Shown here: positions 51,470-61,884 of the stretch, piece by piece
How the letters are laid out: each line of letters opens with the position of its first letter
Numbering within the stretch: position 1 is the first letter of the stretch
Origin: an uncultured Winogradskyella sp.
Lineage (GTDB): Bacteria > Bacteroidota > Bacteroidia > Flavobacteriales > Flavobacteriaceae
Assembly (NCBI GenBank): GCA_963966315.1
Contig: CAWZYX010000002.1
Span: 36,295-100,294 of the forward strand
Reading direction: 5' to 3'
Length of the DNA stretch: 64,000 nt
Made by a program: the position numbers and the translations under genes
The notes under the pieces: generated by a model
The model's input: the letters and a program-made list of their open reading frames with translations, nothing else
Database searches by the model: none
Told to the model about the DNA's origin: nothing

Positions 51470-52327
51470 ATGATACAGTCAATGACGGGGTATGGAAAAA
51501 CAATTTTACAGCTGCCCACCAAAAAGATTTCCATAGAAATAAAATCTTTGAATAGTAAAAATTTAGATGTCAACGCCCGCATGCCATCTGCCTATCGTGT
51601 AAAAGAACTCGAGATCAGAAAACGCATTGCCAACCGCCTTAAACGGGGCAAGGCAGACTTTTCATTGTATGTTGATCTGACAGGGGAAGAAACTTCTTCC
51701 AGCATCAACAAAACGATTGTACGCTCGTATATGAATCAATTGAGTGAGCTCTCTACTGCCTCTGAAAGTGAGTTATTACAAATGGCCATCAGACTTCCTG
51801 ACGCCATTAACACGGAACACGACGATGTGGATGAAGACGAATGGGCAATTCTCTCTCAGGGGATTGACGACACCCTCGACAAGATCATCACCTACCGAAA
51901 AGACGAAGGGCAAATTTTGAAACAGGACTTTGAGGAACGCATTCTGGTGTTGGAAGAGTTGCTTCAAAAAGTTGAAGAAATTGATCCGGATCGCATCAAA
52001 CAAGTTCGTGAAAAGCTCGAAAAAGGAATTAGTGAGATCAAGGAAAAGGTGGACGAAAACCGATTTGAACAGGAACTTATTTATTACATTGAAAAATTTG
52101 ACATCACTGAGGAAAAGGTGCGATTAAAAAACCATCTGCAGTATTTTTCAAAAGCCCTGAACACTAATGATTCCAATGGGAAGAAGCTCGGGTTCATCTG
52201 TCAGGAAATAGGCAGAGAGATCAACACCATTGGATCCAAAGCCAATTATGCCCCCATGCAACAACTAGTGGTTCAAATGAAAGACGAGCTGGAAAAAATA
52301 AAAGAGCAACTGTTAAACGTCCTTTAA
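51470..52327 (+). CDS. yicC: YicC/YloC-family stress-induced protein
   Basis: MIQSMTGYGK... is the canonical YicC N-terminus. The C-terminal DUF1732 part ends ...KEQLLNVL. Start moved to the internal Met. Confidence 0.85.
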   Translation: MIQSMTGYGKTILQLPTKKISIEIKSLNSKNLDVNARMPSAYRVKELEIRKRIANRLKRGKADFSLYVDLTGEETSSSINKTIVRSYMNQLSELSTASESELLQMAIRLPDAINTEHDDVDEDEWAILSQGIDDTLDKIITYRKDEGQILKQDFEERILVLEELLQKVEEIDPDRIKQVREKLEKGISEIKEKVDENRFEQELIYYIEKFDITEEKVRLKNHLQYFSKALNTNDSNGKKLGFICQEIGREINTIGSKANYAPMQQLVVQMKDELEKIKEQLLNVL

Positions 52328-52336
52328 GACTGACAC

Positions 52337-52909
52337 ATGGATAAAGGTAAACTAATCGTGTTTTCTGCTCCTTCCGGTTCGGGGAAAACAACCATTGTAC
52401 GTCATTTGCTCAACTGTCCGGAATTGAATCTGGAATTTTCCATTTCGGCCACCTCGCGTGAAAAAAGAGGCAAGGAGCAGGATGGAAAAGATTATTACTT
52501 TCTGAGCCTCGAGGAGTTTAAAGACAAGATCAGAAATAACGAATTCCTGGAATGGGAGGAGGTGTATAGAGACAACTTTTACGGCACCCTTAAATCTGAA
52601 GTGGAACGCATTTGGGCTAAAGGCAAGGACGTTATTTTTGATATTGATGTCACCGGAGGCTTACGCATCAAGAAAAAATTTCCCAAAGAAACGCTGGCCA
52701 TCTTTGTGAAACCACCCAATCTCAATGAGCTCATTAGAAGACTCAAGGAACGTGGTGAGGAAAGTGAGGATAAAATAAATATGCGCGTCTCCAAAGCTCC
52801 GGTTGAGTTAGCAACTGCTCCTCAGTTTGATGAGATCGTGGTAAACTCAGAATTGGATCAGGCCTTGAAAGATGCCTATGCACTTGTTTCCAAATTTATT
52901 AGTTCATAA
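52337..52909 (+). CDS. gmk: Guanylate kinase
   Basis: 190 aa. P-loop SAPSGSGKTT. The yicC-gmk adjacency is widely conserved. Confidence 0.95.
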   Translation: MDKGKLIVFSAPSGSGKTTIVRHLLNCPELNLEFSISATSREKRGKEQDGKDYYFLSLEEFKDKIRNNEFLEWEEVYRDNFYGTLKSEVERIWAKGKDVIFDIDVTGGLRIKKKFPKETLAIFVKPPNLNELIRRLKERGEESEDKINMRVSKAPVELATAPQFDEIVVNSELDQALKDAYALVSKFISS

Positions 52910-52911
52910 CA

Positions 52912-53490
52912 ATGAAGATCGGTCTGTTTTTTGGCACCTTCAATCCTATTCATGTAGGGCATCTGAGCATTGCCAACTACATTGTAGAACACAGTGATCT
53001 CAATGAGGTCTGGCTAGTGGTAACCCCGCTTAGTCCCTTCAAAAAGAAAAGTAGTTTGCTCGACAACCACCAGCGACTCGAAATGGTTTATCGTGCCACT
53101 GAAGACTACCCCAAGCTCAGACCCAGCGATATTGAGTTTAATCTTCCAGAGCCGCACTTCACCATTCATACCCTGGTCTATCTTCAGGAAAAATTTCCAC
53201 AGCACAGTTTTGCCCTTATCATGGGTGAAGACAACCTTAGTAGTTTCCATAAATGGAAAAACTACGAACAGATCCTCGAGGAACACGATATTTATGTGTA
53301 CCCCAGAATTAATACTAAACCTCCCAAAGAGGAGTTCATCGATCACCCTAGAATAGTTAAAGTGAACGCACCGATTATTGGGATCTCCTCGACCTTGATT
53401 AGAAATGACCTGAAGGACGGAAAAAATATAAGACCCATGTTGCCTCATAAGGTATGGGAATATCTCGATGAAATGAACTTTTACAGGTAG
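52912..53490 (+). CDS. nadD: Nicotinate-nucleotide adenylyltransferase
   Basis: 192 aa. GLFFGTFNPIHVGHL (HxGH nucleotidyltransferase motif) and ISSTLIR near the C-terminus. Confidence 0.9.
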   Translation: MKIGLFFGTFNPIHVGHLSIANYIVEHSDLNEVWLVVTPLSPFKKKSSLLDNHQRLEMVYRATEDYPKLRPSDIEFNLPEPHFTIHTLVYLQEKFPQHSFALIMGEDNLSSFHKWKNYEQILEEHDIYVYPRINTKPPKEEFIDHPRIVKVNAPIIGISSTLIRNDLKDGKNIRPMLPHKVWEYLDEMNFYR

Positions 53491-53513
53491 TTCGAATTTC
53501 TATTCCCGAGGCA

Positions 53514-53873
53514 TTAAAAATGATAAAAGGCATCTTTTAAATGCTCAATTCTTAACTCGTCCTTGTTTTTAACGATGGCAATAATGTCGAAACGCACTTC
53601 AAGGTCCAGGGCTTCCTCGTTGATGTAGGCATCAACCGCTTTAACCAGATTTTTAATCTGTTTAGGTTTGACAAAGTCCTGCGGGTTCCCAAAATCATCG
53701 GTTGATCGCGTCTTGACTTCAACAATGGCCAGAATATCCTCTTTCTGAGCCAGAATATCAATTTCGGCCTTATCGTATCTGAAGTTCCTGGACCTGATCT
53801 GATATCCGTGTTCTTTAAGGAAGTTTACCGCCAGATCTTCGCCTTCCTTACCTAGTTGGTTGTGTTGGGCCAT
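53514..53873 (-). CDS. yraN: YraN-family (UPF0102) putative endonuclease
   Basis: 119 aa. GEDLAVNFLKEHGYQIRSRNFRYDKAEIDILAQKEDILAIVEVKTR matches the YraN core. Confidence 0.8.
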   Translation of the reverse strand: MAQHNQLGKEGEDLAVNFLKEHGYQIRSRNFRYDKAEIDILAQKEDILAIVEVKTRSTDDFGNPQDFVKPKQIKNLVKAVDAYINEEALDLEVRFDIIAIVKNKDELRIEHLKDAFYHF

Positions 53874-53887
53874 GCTATGAAAATCAA

Positions 53888-54895
53888 CTAGTCTAAAAAG
53901 TTAACCGATGCATTGGTTTTGGTGACCTTTAATTCAATGCTTCTTCCTAAAATGAGCGCCCGGTTGTCCTGTTCATGACCCGCCGGCATATTGAAAGCAA
54001 TGGGAAAATCGTACTCCGCAAGTGCATCGATGATAAGTTCTTCAACAGAACTCCCCCACTTGGTGGTGTTCTTCCTCAGTTTGCTCATGTCGCCAACGAT
54101 GAGCCCTGCACACTGCTCAAAATAGCCTGCTCGCTTCAAACTCTGAAGCATTCGATCAATGTGGTACTTGTACTCCCCGATCTCTTCTATAAAAAGAATC
54201 TTTCCATGGGTATCAATACTGGTCTCAGATCCCAGCATAGTATGCAGGATGGTCAAATTACCCCCTACCAGCTGCCCCTGTGCCTCACCTGCCCTGTTAA
54301 AGGTTGATCCTTCTAACTGATAGCTTAGGGCATTCCCAAAAACAGCATTCTTAAACGTACTGATACTGGTTTTTATTTCATCAGGAGGGTCTGACAGACT
54401 GGTACACATTAAGGCATGAATGGATTGGTACCCCTCATTATGCACTTGATTGTGCAGAGCAGTAATATCGCTATAGCCAATGATCCATTTGGGCCTTTCT
54501 TTAAACCTCGAATAATTCAATTTATCAAGTATTCTTACAGTCCCATACCCCCCGCGGGCACACCAGATGGCACTAATATTGGGGTCGTCCATAACCCTCT
54601 GCAAGTCTGAGGCGCGCTGCTGGTCTGTTCCTGCAAAATGGTGATTCTGTTCAAAAATATGATCTCCCACCTGCACCTTGAGTCCCCATGACTCGAGCAG
54701 TGATTTTGCTTTATTGATTTCACCCTCTCTGCTTTTTAAGATTCCGGAAGGAGCCACTATGGCTACCGTGTCTCCCGCTTTGAGGTAGGGCGGCTGGCTA
54801 AGACTAGAACGCTTCATGTATTCGGTTTTTTGATAGGTTTGACTGTAATTAACCCCACTGAATAGCAAGACGACTATTGCGAATATGGTTCTCAT
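53888..54895 (-). CDS. LD-carboxypeptidase (peptidase S66)
   Basis: 335 aa. Signal peptide. GDTVAIVAPSG and GYSDITAL (catalytic Ser) motifs. Confidence 0.85.
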   Translation of the reverse strand: MRTIFAIVVLLFSGVNYSQTYQKTEYMKRSSLSQPPYLKAGDTVAIVAPSGILKSREGEINKAKSLLESWGLKVQVGDHIFEQNHHFAGTDQQRASDLQRVMDDPNISAIWCARGGYGTVRILDKLNYSRFKERPKWIIGYSDITALHNQVHNEGYQSIHALMCTSLSDPPDEIKTSISTFKNAVFGNALSYQLEGSTFNRAGEAQGQLVGGNLTILHTMLGSETSIDTHGKILFIEEIGEYKYHIDRMLQSLKRAGYFEQCAGLIVGDMSKLRKNTTKWGSSVEELIIDALAEYDFPIAFNMPAGHEQDNRALILGRSIELKVTKTNASVNFLD

Positions 54896-54997
54896 AAAAC
54901 TTTATGTTGATTGCCCGGCCGGGCTCAGGTAAATGTACATTTTTTTTCTGTTTAGCTGATGGAATCACTAATTTTGTCCCCTTAACAAACATCACCG

Positions 54998-57061
54998 ATG
55001 AACAGCTCTCAACGCTATACCATTACAGCGGCACTGCCCTACACCAACGGACCAATCCATATCGGCCATCTGGCAGGGGTGTATGTCCCCGCAGACATTT
55101 ATGCCCGTTTCCTCAGACTACAGGGGCACGATGTGGCTTTTATCTGTGGAAGTGACGAGCACGGTGTACCAATTACGATCAAGGCCAAACGAGAGGGGGT
55201 GTCCCCACAGGATATCGTTGATAAGTACCATAAGATCATTAAAGACTCCTTTGTGGATTTTGGGATTTCCTTCGATAATTACTCCCGAACCTCCAATAAA
55301 AACCATCACGATACCGCATCAGCCTTTTTCAAGAAGCTTTATGATGATGGAAAATTTATAGAAGAAACCTCGGAGCAATTTTATGATGCTGAAACCCAAA
55401 TGTTTCTGGCCGATCGTTTCATTATCGGCACCTGCCCCAAGTGTGGCTATGAGGAGGCTTATGGCGACCAGTGCGAAAATTGCGGAACCAGCCATAATGC
55501 TACCGATCTCATTAACCCAAAATCGGCCATAACGGGTAATGCTCCCACCTTAAAATCTACCAAGCACTGGTACCTGCCGTTGGAGGACTATCAGGACTTT
55601 TTAAAAGAATGGATTCTGGTAGGGCATCAAAAAGATTGGAAACCCAATGTACTTGGCCAGGTAAAATCCTGGATCGATGACGGATTGCGCCCGCGAGCGG
55701 TGACTCGCGATCTGGACTGGGGCATCCCTGTACCTGTTCCCGGGGGCGAAGGCAAAGTACTTTATGTATGGTTTGATGCGCCTATTGGTTATATCTCCGC
55801 TACCAAGGAGTGGGCTGCGGAACAGGGGAAAAACTGGGAAGACTACTGGAAGGATGAAAACACCAAGCTGGTCCATTTTATTGGAAAGGATAATATTGTC
55901 TTTCACTGCATCATTTTCCCGGCCATGCTCAAAGCACATGGAGATTACATTATGCCGGAGAATGTTCCTGCCAACGAATTTCTGAATTTAGAGGGGAGAA
56001 AACTATCGACCTCCAAAAACTGGGCGGTTTGGTTGCCAGACTACCTCAAGGATTTTCCCGGACAGCAAGACGTACTTAGGTATACCCTCACTGCCAACGC
56101 ACCGGAAACCAAAGACAACGATTTTACCTGGAAAGACTTTCAGGCTCGCAATAACAACGAGCTGGTTGCCATCTTTGGGAATTTCATTAACCGAGTGGTT
56201 GTCCTTACCAACAAATACTATAATGGGGTAGTTCCCAAAGCAGATACCCTCTTGCAAACAGACGAAGACACACTGGCTGCGTTAAGGGCTTATCCGGCCG
56301 TTATCGCCAGCTCCATTGAGCGTTTTCGTTTCAGGGAAGCCTCTCAGGAACTCATGAATCTGGCGCGTTTAGGCAACAAGTATCTGGCCGATGAAGAACC
56401 CTGGAAAACGATAAAAACAGACGAGGCACGTACCCGTACCATTATGAACGTAGCCCTTCAGATTGCCGCAGGATTAACAGTTTTATGCGAACCGTTTTTA
56501 CCATTTACGGCCCATAAACTTCGTTCTGTTTTAAATCTTACAGCAGACAGCGAATTGTCCTGGAATACTGTGGGTGAGAAGGTCGCATTGATACCGGCCG
56601 GCCATAAAATTGGCAAGGCCGAACTGCTATTCTCCAAAATAGAAGACAGTGCCATTCAGGTGCAGGTCGAAAAATTGGACCGTGGTTTGCAGGAAAATCT
56701 GCAGAGTGAAAAGACGGCCGAACCACAAAAACCGGAAATTACATTTGAGGATTTTACCAAACTAGACATGCGGGTAGGAACCATCCTGGAGGCAGAAAAA
56801 ATGCCCAAAACCAAAAAGCTTCTGGTGTTGAAGGTGGATACTGGCATCGATGTGCGCACCATCGTATCAGGGATTGCTGAAAGTTTTACTCCGGAGGAGG
56901 TAATAGGAAAACAGGTGACTGTTTTGGTGAATCTGGCACCTCGCAAACTGCGCGGTGTTGAAAGCGAGGGTATGATCCTCATGACTGAAGATGAACAGGG
57001 AAATCTGGTTTTTGTCAATCCTGAAAAGGAAACAACCCCCAATGGATTGAAGATTAGTTAA
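54998..57061 (+). CDS. metG: Methionine--tRNA ligase (with C-terminal tRNA-binding EMAP domain)
   Basis: 687 aa. HIGH ([14 protein letters not shown]), a zinc knuckle (CPKCGY...CENCG), KMSKS-equivalent (KLSTSK), and a C-terminal OB-fold. Confidence 0.95.
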   Translation: MNSSQRYTITAALPYTNGPIHIGHLAGVYVPADIYARFLRLQGHDVAFICGSDEHGVPITIKAKREGVSPQDIVDKYHKIIKDSFVDFGISFDNYSRTSNKNHHDTASAFFKKLYDDGKFIEETSEQFYDAETQMFLADRFIIGTCPKCGYEEAYGDQCENCGTSHNATDLINPKSAITGNAPTLKSTKHWYLPLEDYQDFLKEWILVGHQKDWKPNVLGQVKSWIDDGLRPRAVTRDLDWGIPVPVPGGEGKVLYVWFDAPIGYISATKEWAAEQGKNWEDYWKDENTKLVHFIGKDNIVFHCIIFPAMLKAHGDYIMPENVPANEFLNLEGRKLSTSKNWAVWLPDYLKDFPGQQDVLRYTLTANAPETKDNDFTWKDFQARNNNELVAIFGNFINRVVVLTNKYYNGVVPKADTLLQTDEDTLAALRAYPAVIASSIERFRFREASQELMNLARLGNKYLADEEPWKTIKTDEARTRTIMNVALQIAAGLTVLCEPFLPFTAHKLRSVLNLTADSELSWNTVGEKVALIPAGHKIGKAELLFSKIEDSAIQVQVEKLDRGLQENLQSEKTAEPQKPEITFEDFTKLDMRVGTILEAEKMPKTKKLLVLKVDTGIDVRTIVSGIAESFTPEEVIGKQVTVLVNLAPRKLRGVESEGMILMTEDEQGNLVFVNPEKETTPNGLKIS

Positions 57062-57109
57062 GTTTTTTTGGCATCGTTTTTGTGACAATTTATCACAAAA
57101 TTAGAGGCT

Positions 57110-59470
57110 ATGACGAGAATTACTGTAATCCCCGCCCAACTAACTAGTTTCCAATCTTTTCTTTACATCATTTTTACCAGCATTTTAAGCCTTTCTCTTT
57201 TGACTGCTCAGGAGGAACGCGACCTTGTTGACGCCTTTATCGATCATACCGATAATGCCCGTGAGGTGATCTACCTGCATCTGAACAAGTCTACCTATAT
57301 CAAGGGGGAGTCTGTTGGCTTTACAGCCTATGTATTGGATAAGAAAGATAAGATGCCCTCCCTGCTCACCACCAACCTCTATGTGAGTATCGAGGATATG
57401 GACCAAATCCCCATTGTCCAGCAACTGCTTAAGGTAGAGAACGGCGTGGCCTCCAATGTCTTTGATATCGATGATAACTTTAGCACCGGATCCTATCTGG
57501 TGAAGGCCTATACCAACTGGTCTCGTAACTTTAAAGAACCTAATTACTTCTCCGCCACCATTAAGATTATCGATCCTGCTACCGATGCCTTTGTCGATAA
57601 TGAGCGCGTAGAGAATGCCATCGATGCACAGTTCCTGCCGGAGAGCGGACACCTGCTGGCCGATGTGGTCAATAAAGTTGGGGTTGTCCTTAAAGATCCT
57701 AAAGGCTATGGGCTGGCTGATGCCTCCGGCAAAGTCCTTGACAGGAATGGGAAAGTACTCACTACTTTTCGGGTCAACCATCTGGGAATTGGGCAGTTCC
57801 TGCTCAAACCCTCGGTAGGAGACACCTTTAAGGTCGTTGTGAGCTATAACTATAAAGACTATGAGTTTTCACTTGATCAAAGTGTGCAGCCCATTGGCCT
57901 TATCCTCTCCACCTCAGTTCGCAATGAGCAGCTCACCCTTAGTGTACATACCAACCAGCGCGGACTCCAGCAATTCAAAGACCAGAATTTTCTCTTGGGC
58001 TTTCACAACGGATCAGATCTGCAAACCATTAAGCTCAGCTTTGATAAGCAAACTTCAATCCATACAATTTTTGACCTCAACCAAATGCCACCCGGAGTTA
58101 CCGTCTTTACACTCTTTAATGAGAACAGCCAGCCCATTGCCGAACGACTCTTCTTTAACTACAAGGGGCTTACTATTCACCAACTGTCCGATCTTAGTAC
58201 TACTATGGTCGAAAACGACTCTATCGATATCTCCCTGGCCTTTAAGACCATTGACCCTTCTAAGTTTCATAACATCTCCGTTTCTGTGCTCCCTGCCGAT
58301 ACCAAATCTTATAAACACCATCACAGCCTGGTCTCCTACAACTACCTGAAGCCCTACATCAATGGGCCTATCGAACAAGCCAAATACTACTTTAATGAGG
58401 TAACTCCCCAGGTAAAAGCCGATCTGGACATGCTGCTGCTTACCCAAGGCTGGTCCTCCTACAACTGGAACCAGATCTTTGATAACAAGCACAGCCTGCC
58501 TTTTGAATTTGAACGAGGCCTGAGCCTGAAAGCTAATGTCAATGGCAATCTGCGCAAGCAAAAAACCTTCGTTGTACACCCCCTGGAAGATTCACAGCAA
58601 CCGGTCTACGTGCAGCTCGATGACCAACAGAACAGTTTTCAGATGGATCAGATTTTTTTAGAAGACAAGACCTCCATTGCCCTCTCTGAAATCGATAACA
58701 AGGGTAAAATGGAACCTGCCAAGGTCTACCTGCAATTCTTCCCCAGTACCATCCCCAGACTTCAAATACCCCAATACCCTCTTGATCCCAAGCCACAGTA
58801 CAACCTTAATACCAGCTTTGAGCAAAATGTCATGTCTACTAGCACACTCGATCAAACACAGCAACTCGATGAGGTGGTGATTACCGCTGACCCCAACGAT
58901 TATAAGACCAGACTTCGAGACCTAAACCGCGAATCTAAAGGGATTGCCAGATTAGCTACAGAAGGGGACCTCAATCGTTATTTCAACGTTTTGGAATGGA
59001 TTAGAGGGCGACATGGCTTTTGGGCCAAAAGAACATTATGGACTGATGTATATATTAACGAGGAACAGCTTACAAAATTATCAGCAAAAACCTACCTGGA
59101 AACAATTAGTCTAAGTGATGTGGATTTCGTGGAATTCCTACCCAATTCTGCAAGAGGATTTAGACTAAAACTTCATATTGACTGGGAGAAGGTCAAGCTT
59201 AATAAATATGGGCCTGCAGCTAAGACCTTCGAAGCCCCACTCACCTTTAGTTCAGCAAAACAGTTTTACACCCCGGTGTACCGCTACCGTGGGGATACCT
59301 TCTATAAGAATTTTGGCACCATTGCCTGGGAGCCTGCTATACAGCTTGATACTGATGGTAAGACCCGGCTAAAGATCCAAAAACCCATTGTACCCATCAC
59401 CCTCTTTATTGAAGGCATGGACCACCTGGGGCAGCCCATCTTTTATGAACATACCTTAACTATCAATTAA
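57110..59470 (+). CDS. Secreted approximately 785-aa protein, tandem paralog 1 (MG2-like N-terminus, plug-like C-terminus; family not identified)
   Basis: Signal peptide. N-terminal EVIYLHLNKSTYIKGESVGFTAYVLD resembles the alpha-2-macroglobulin MG2 strand motif. C-terminal QLDEVVITADPN...VDFVEFLP resembles a TonB-plug-like fold. Internal bases 57512..59283 are identical to copy 2. Confidence 0.5.
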   Translation: MTRITVIPAQLTSFQSFLYIIFTSILSLSLLTAQEERDLVDAFIDHTDNAREVIYLHLNKSTYIKGESVGFTAYVLDKKDKMPSLLTTNLYVSIEDMDQIPIVQQLLKVENGVASNVFDIDDNFSTGSYLVKAYTNWSRNFKEPNYFSATIKIIDPATDAFVDNERVENAIDAQFLPESGHLLADVVNKVGVVLKDPKGYGLADASGKVLDRNGKVLTTFRVNHLGIGQFLLKPSVGDTFKVVVSYNYKDYEFSLDQSVQPIGLILSTSVRNEQLTLSVHTNQRGLQQFKDQNFLLGFHNGSDLQTIKLSFDKQTSIHTIFDLNQMPPGVTVFTLFNENSQPIAERLFFNYKGLTIHQLSDLSTTMVENDSIDISLAFKTIDPSKFHNISVSVLPADTKSYKHHHSLVSYNYLKPYINGPIEQAKYYFNEVTPQVKADLDMLLLTQGWSSYNWNQIFDNKHSLPFEFERGLSLKANVNGNLRKQKTFVVHPLEDSQQPVYVQLDDQQNSFQMDQIFLEDKTSIALSEIDNKGKMEPAKVYLQFFPSTIPRLQIPQYPLDPKPQYNLNTSFEQNVMSTSTLDQTQQLDEVVITADPNDYKTRLRDLNRESKGIARLATEGDLNRYFNVLEWIRGRHGFWAKRTLWTDVYINEEQLTKLSAKTYLETISLSDVDFVEFLPNSARGFRLKLHIDWEKVKLNKYGPAAKTFEAPLTFSSAKQFYTPVYRYRGDTFYKNFGTIAWEPAIQLDTDGKTRLKIQKPIVPITLFIEGMDHLGQPIFYEHTLTIN

Positions 59471-59518
59471 TATGAGAGCATCAACCATTTTATTTCTATG
59501 TATTTGTAATAAGTAACT

Positions 59519-61867
59519 ATGACCACCTTTCGATCTTACAATATCCTGGTTAAGACCTTGGGCCTAATAGCTTTCTGGCTCTTGGCCCTTGCTACTATAC
59601 ATGGTCAGCAATCTACAGCTATTGTAGATGCCTTTAATGAGCATACTGCTGATGCCCGGGAGGTCATTTACCTGCATGTTAATAAATCAAGCTACATTAA
59701 AGGTGAGTCCATTGGCTTTACCGCCTACGTTCTGGATAAAAACACCAAGCGACCCGCCCTGCTTACCACCAACCTTTATGTGAGCCTCGAGACCATGGAA
59801 CAAAAACCCCTGAAGCAACTCATGCTTAAGGTTGAAAACGGTATCGCTTACAATATCTTTGAAATTGATGATTCCTTTGTCACCGGATCCTATCTCCTGA
59901 AGGCCTACACCAACTGGTCTCGTAACTTTAAAGAACCTAATTACTTCTCCGCCACCATTAAGATTATCGATCCTGCTACCGATGCCTTTGTCGATAATGA
60001 GCGCGTAGAGAATGCCATCGATGCACAGTTCCTGCCGGAGAGCGGACACCTGCTGGCCGATGTGGTCAATAAAGTTGGGGTTGTCCTTAAAGATCCTAAA
60101 GGCTATGGGCTGGCTGATGCCTCCGGCAAAGTCCTTGACAGGAATGGGAAAGTACTCACTACTTTTCGGGTCAACCATCTGGGAATTGGGCAGTTCCTGC
60201 TCAAACCCTCGGTAGGAGACACCTTTAAGGTCGTTGTGAGCTATAACTATAAAGACTATGAGTTTTCACTTGATCAAAGTGTGCAGCCCATTGGCCTTAT
60301 CCTCTCCACCTCAGTTCGCAATGAGCAGCTCACCCTTAGTGTACATACCAACCAGCGCGGACTCCAGCAATTCAAAGACCAGAATTTTCTCTTGGGCTTT
60401 CACAACGGATCAGATCTGCAAACCATTAAGCTCAGCTTTGATAAGCAAACTTCAATCCATACAATTTTTGACCTCAACCAAATGCCACCCGGAGTTACCG
60501 TCTTTACACTCTTTAATGAGAACAGCCAGCCCATTGCCGAACGACTCTTCTTTAACTACAAGGGGCTTACTATTCACCAACTGTCCGATCTTAGTACTAC
60601 TATGGTCGAAAACGACTCTATCGATATCTCCCTGGCCTTTAAGACCATTGACCCTTCTAAGTTTCATAACATCTCCGTTTCTGTGCTCCCTGCCGATACC
60701 AAATCTTATAAACACCATCACAGCCTGGTCTCCTACAACTACCTGAAGCCCTACATCAATGGGCCTATCGAACAAGCCAAATACTACTTTAATGAGGTAA
60801 CTCCCCAGGTAAAAGCCGATCTGGACATGCTGCTGCTTACCCAAGGCTGGTCCTCCTACAACTGGAACCAGATCTTTGATAACAAGCACAGCCTGCCTTT
60901 TGAATTTGAACGAGGCCTGAGCCTGAAAGCTAATGTCAATGGCAATCTGCGCAAGCAAAAAACCTTCGTTGTACACCCCCTGGAAGATTCACAGCAACCG
61001 GTCTACGTGCAGCTCGATGACCAACAGAACAGTTTTCAGATGGATCAGATTTTTTTAGAAGACAAGACCTCCATTGCCCTCTCTGAAATCGATAACAAGG
61101 GTAAAATGGAACCTGCCAAGGTCTACCTGCAATTCTTCCCCAGTACCATCCCCAGACTTCAAATACCCCAATACCCTCTTGATCCCAAGCCACAGTACAA
61201 CCTTAATACCAGCTTTGAGCAAAATGTCATGTCTACTAGCACACTCGATCAAACACAGCAACTCGATGAGGTGGTGATTACCGCTGACCCCAACGATTAT
61301 AAGACCAGACTTCGAGACCTAAACCGCGAATCTAAAGGGATTGCCAGATTAGCTACAGAAGGGGACCTCAATCGTTATTTCAACGTTTTGGAATGGATTA
61401 GAGGGCGACATGGCTTTTGGGCCAAAAGAACATTATGGACTGATGTATATATTAACGAGGAACAGCTTACAAAATTATCAGCAAAAACCTACCTGGAAAC
61501 AATTAGTCTAAGTGATGTGGATTTCGTGGAATTCCTACCCAATTCTGCAAGAGGATTTAGACTAAAACTTCATATTGACTGGGAGAAGGTCAAGCTTAAT
61601 AAATATGGGCCTGCAGCTAAGACCTTCGAAGCCCCACTCACCTTTAGTTCAGCAAAACAGTTTTACACCCCGGTGTACCGTTACCGCGGCGATCGGTTCT
61701 ATAAGAACTTTGGTACAATAGCCTGGCAGCCTGCTCTGCAGCTCGATACTGATAGCAAGACCAGCTTTAAAATCCAAAAACCCATTGTGCCCATCAAACT
61801 CTTCATTGAAGGTATTACAAAGTCTGGACAGGCCGTATACTCAGAAAAATCAATTATTTTTAATTAA
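59519..61867 (+). CDS. Secreted approximately 785-aa protein, tandem paralog 2
   Basis: 782 aa. Same architecture. The N-terminal 130 aa and C-terminal 60 aa are diverged from copy 1, while the central 590 aa are identical. Confidence 0.5.
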   Translation: MTTFRSYNILVKTLGLIAFWLLALATIHGQQSTAIVDAFNEHTADAREVIYLHVNKSSYIKGESIGFTAYVLDKNTKRPALLTTNLYVSLETMEQKPLKQLMLKVENGIAYNIFEIDDSFVTGSYLLKAYTNWSRNFKEPNYFSATIKIIDPATDAFVDNERVENAIDAQFLPESGHLLADVVNKVGVVLKDPKGYGLADASGKVLDRNGKVLTTFRVNHLGIGQFLLKPSVGDTFKVVVSYNYKDYEFSLDQSVQPIGLILSTSVRNEQLTLSVHTNQRGLQQFKDQNFLLGFHNGSDLQTIKLSFDKQTSIHTIFDLNQMPPGVTVFTLFNENSQPIAERLFFNYKGLTIHQLSDLSTTMVENDSIDISLAFKTIDPSKFHNISVSVLPADTKSYKHHHSLVSYNYLKPYINGPIEQAKYYFNEVTPQVKADLDMLLLTQGWSSYNWNQIFDNKHSLPFEFERGLSLKANVNGNLRKQKTFVVHPLEDSQQPVYVQLDDQQNSFQMDQIFLEDKTSIALSEIDNKGKMEPAKVYLQFFPSTIPRLQIPQYPLDPKPQYNLNTSFEQNVMSTSTLDQTQQLDEVVITADPNDYKTRLRDLNRESKGIARLATEGDLNRYFNVLEWIRGRHGFWAKRTLWTDVYINEEQLTKLSAKTYLETISLSDVDFVEFLPNSARGFRLKLHIDWEKVKLNKYGPAAKTFEAPLTFSSAKQFYTPVYRYRGDRFYKNFGTIAWQPALQLDTDSKTSFKIQKPIVPIKLFIEGITKSGQAVYSEKSIIFN

Positions 61868-61884
61868 CCATTCTAACCGATTCT

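Noticed and set aside
54904-55155. 83-aa plus-strand ORF overlapping the metG start
   Set aside because: Different frame from metG and overlaps it. No motifs. Likely spurious.
57185-57781. Long antisense ORFs (57185..57781, 58055..58579, 58539..58796, 59687..60178, 60452..60976 and others) inside the paralog genes
   Set aside because: They lie opposite strongly supported sense genes with signal peptides and a conserved architecture. Their duplication simply mirrors the 1772-bp identical core. They are by-products of codon composition.
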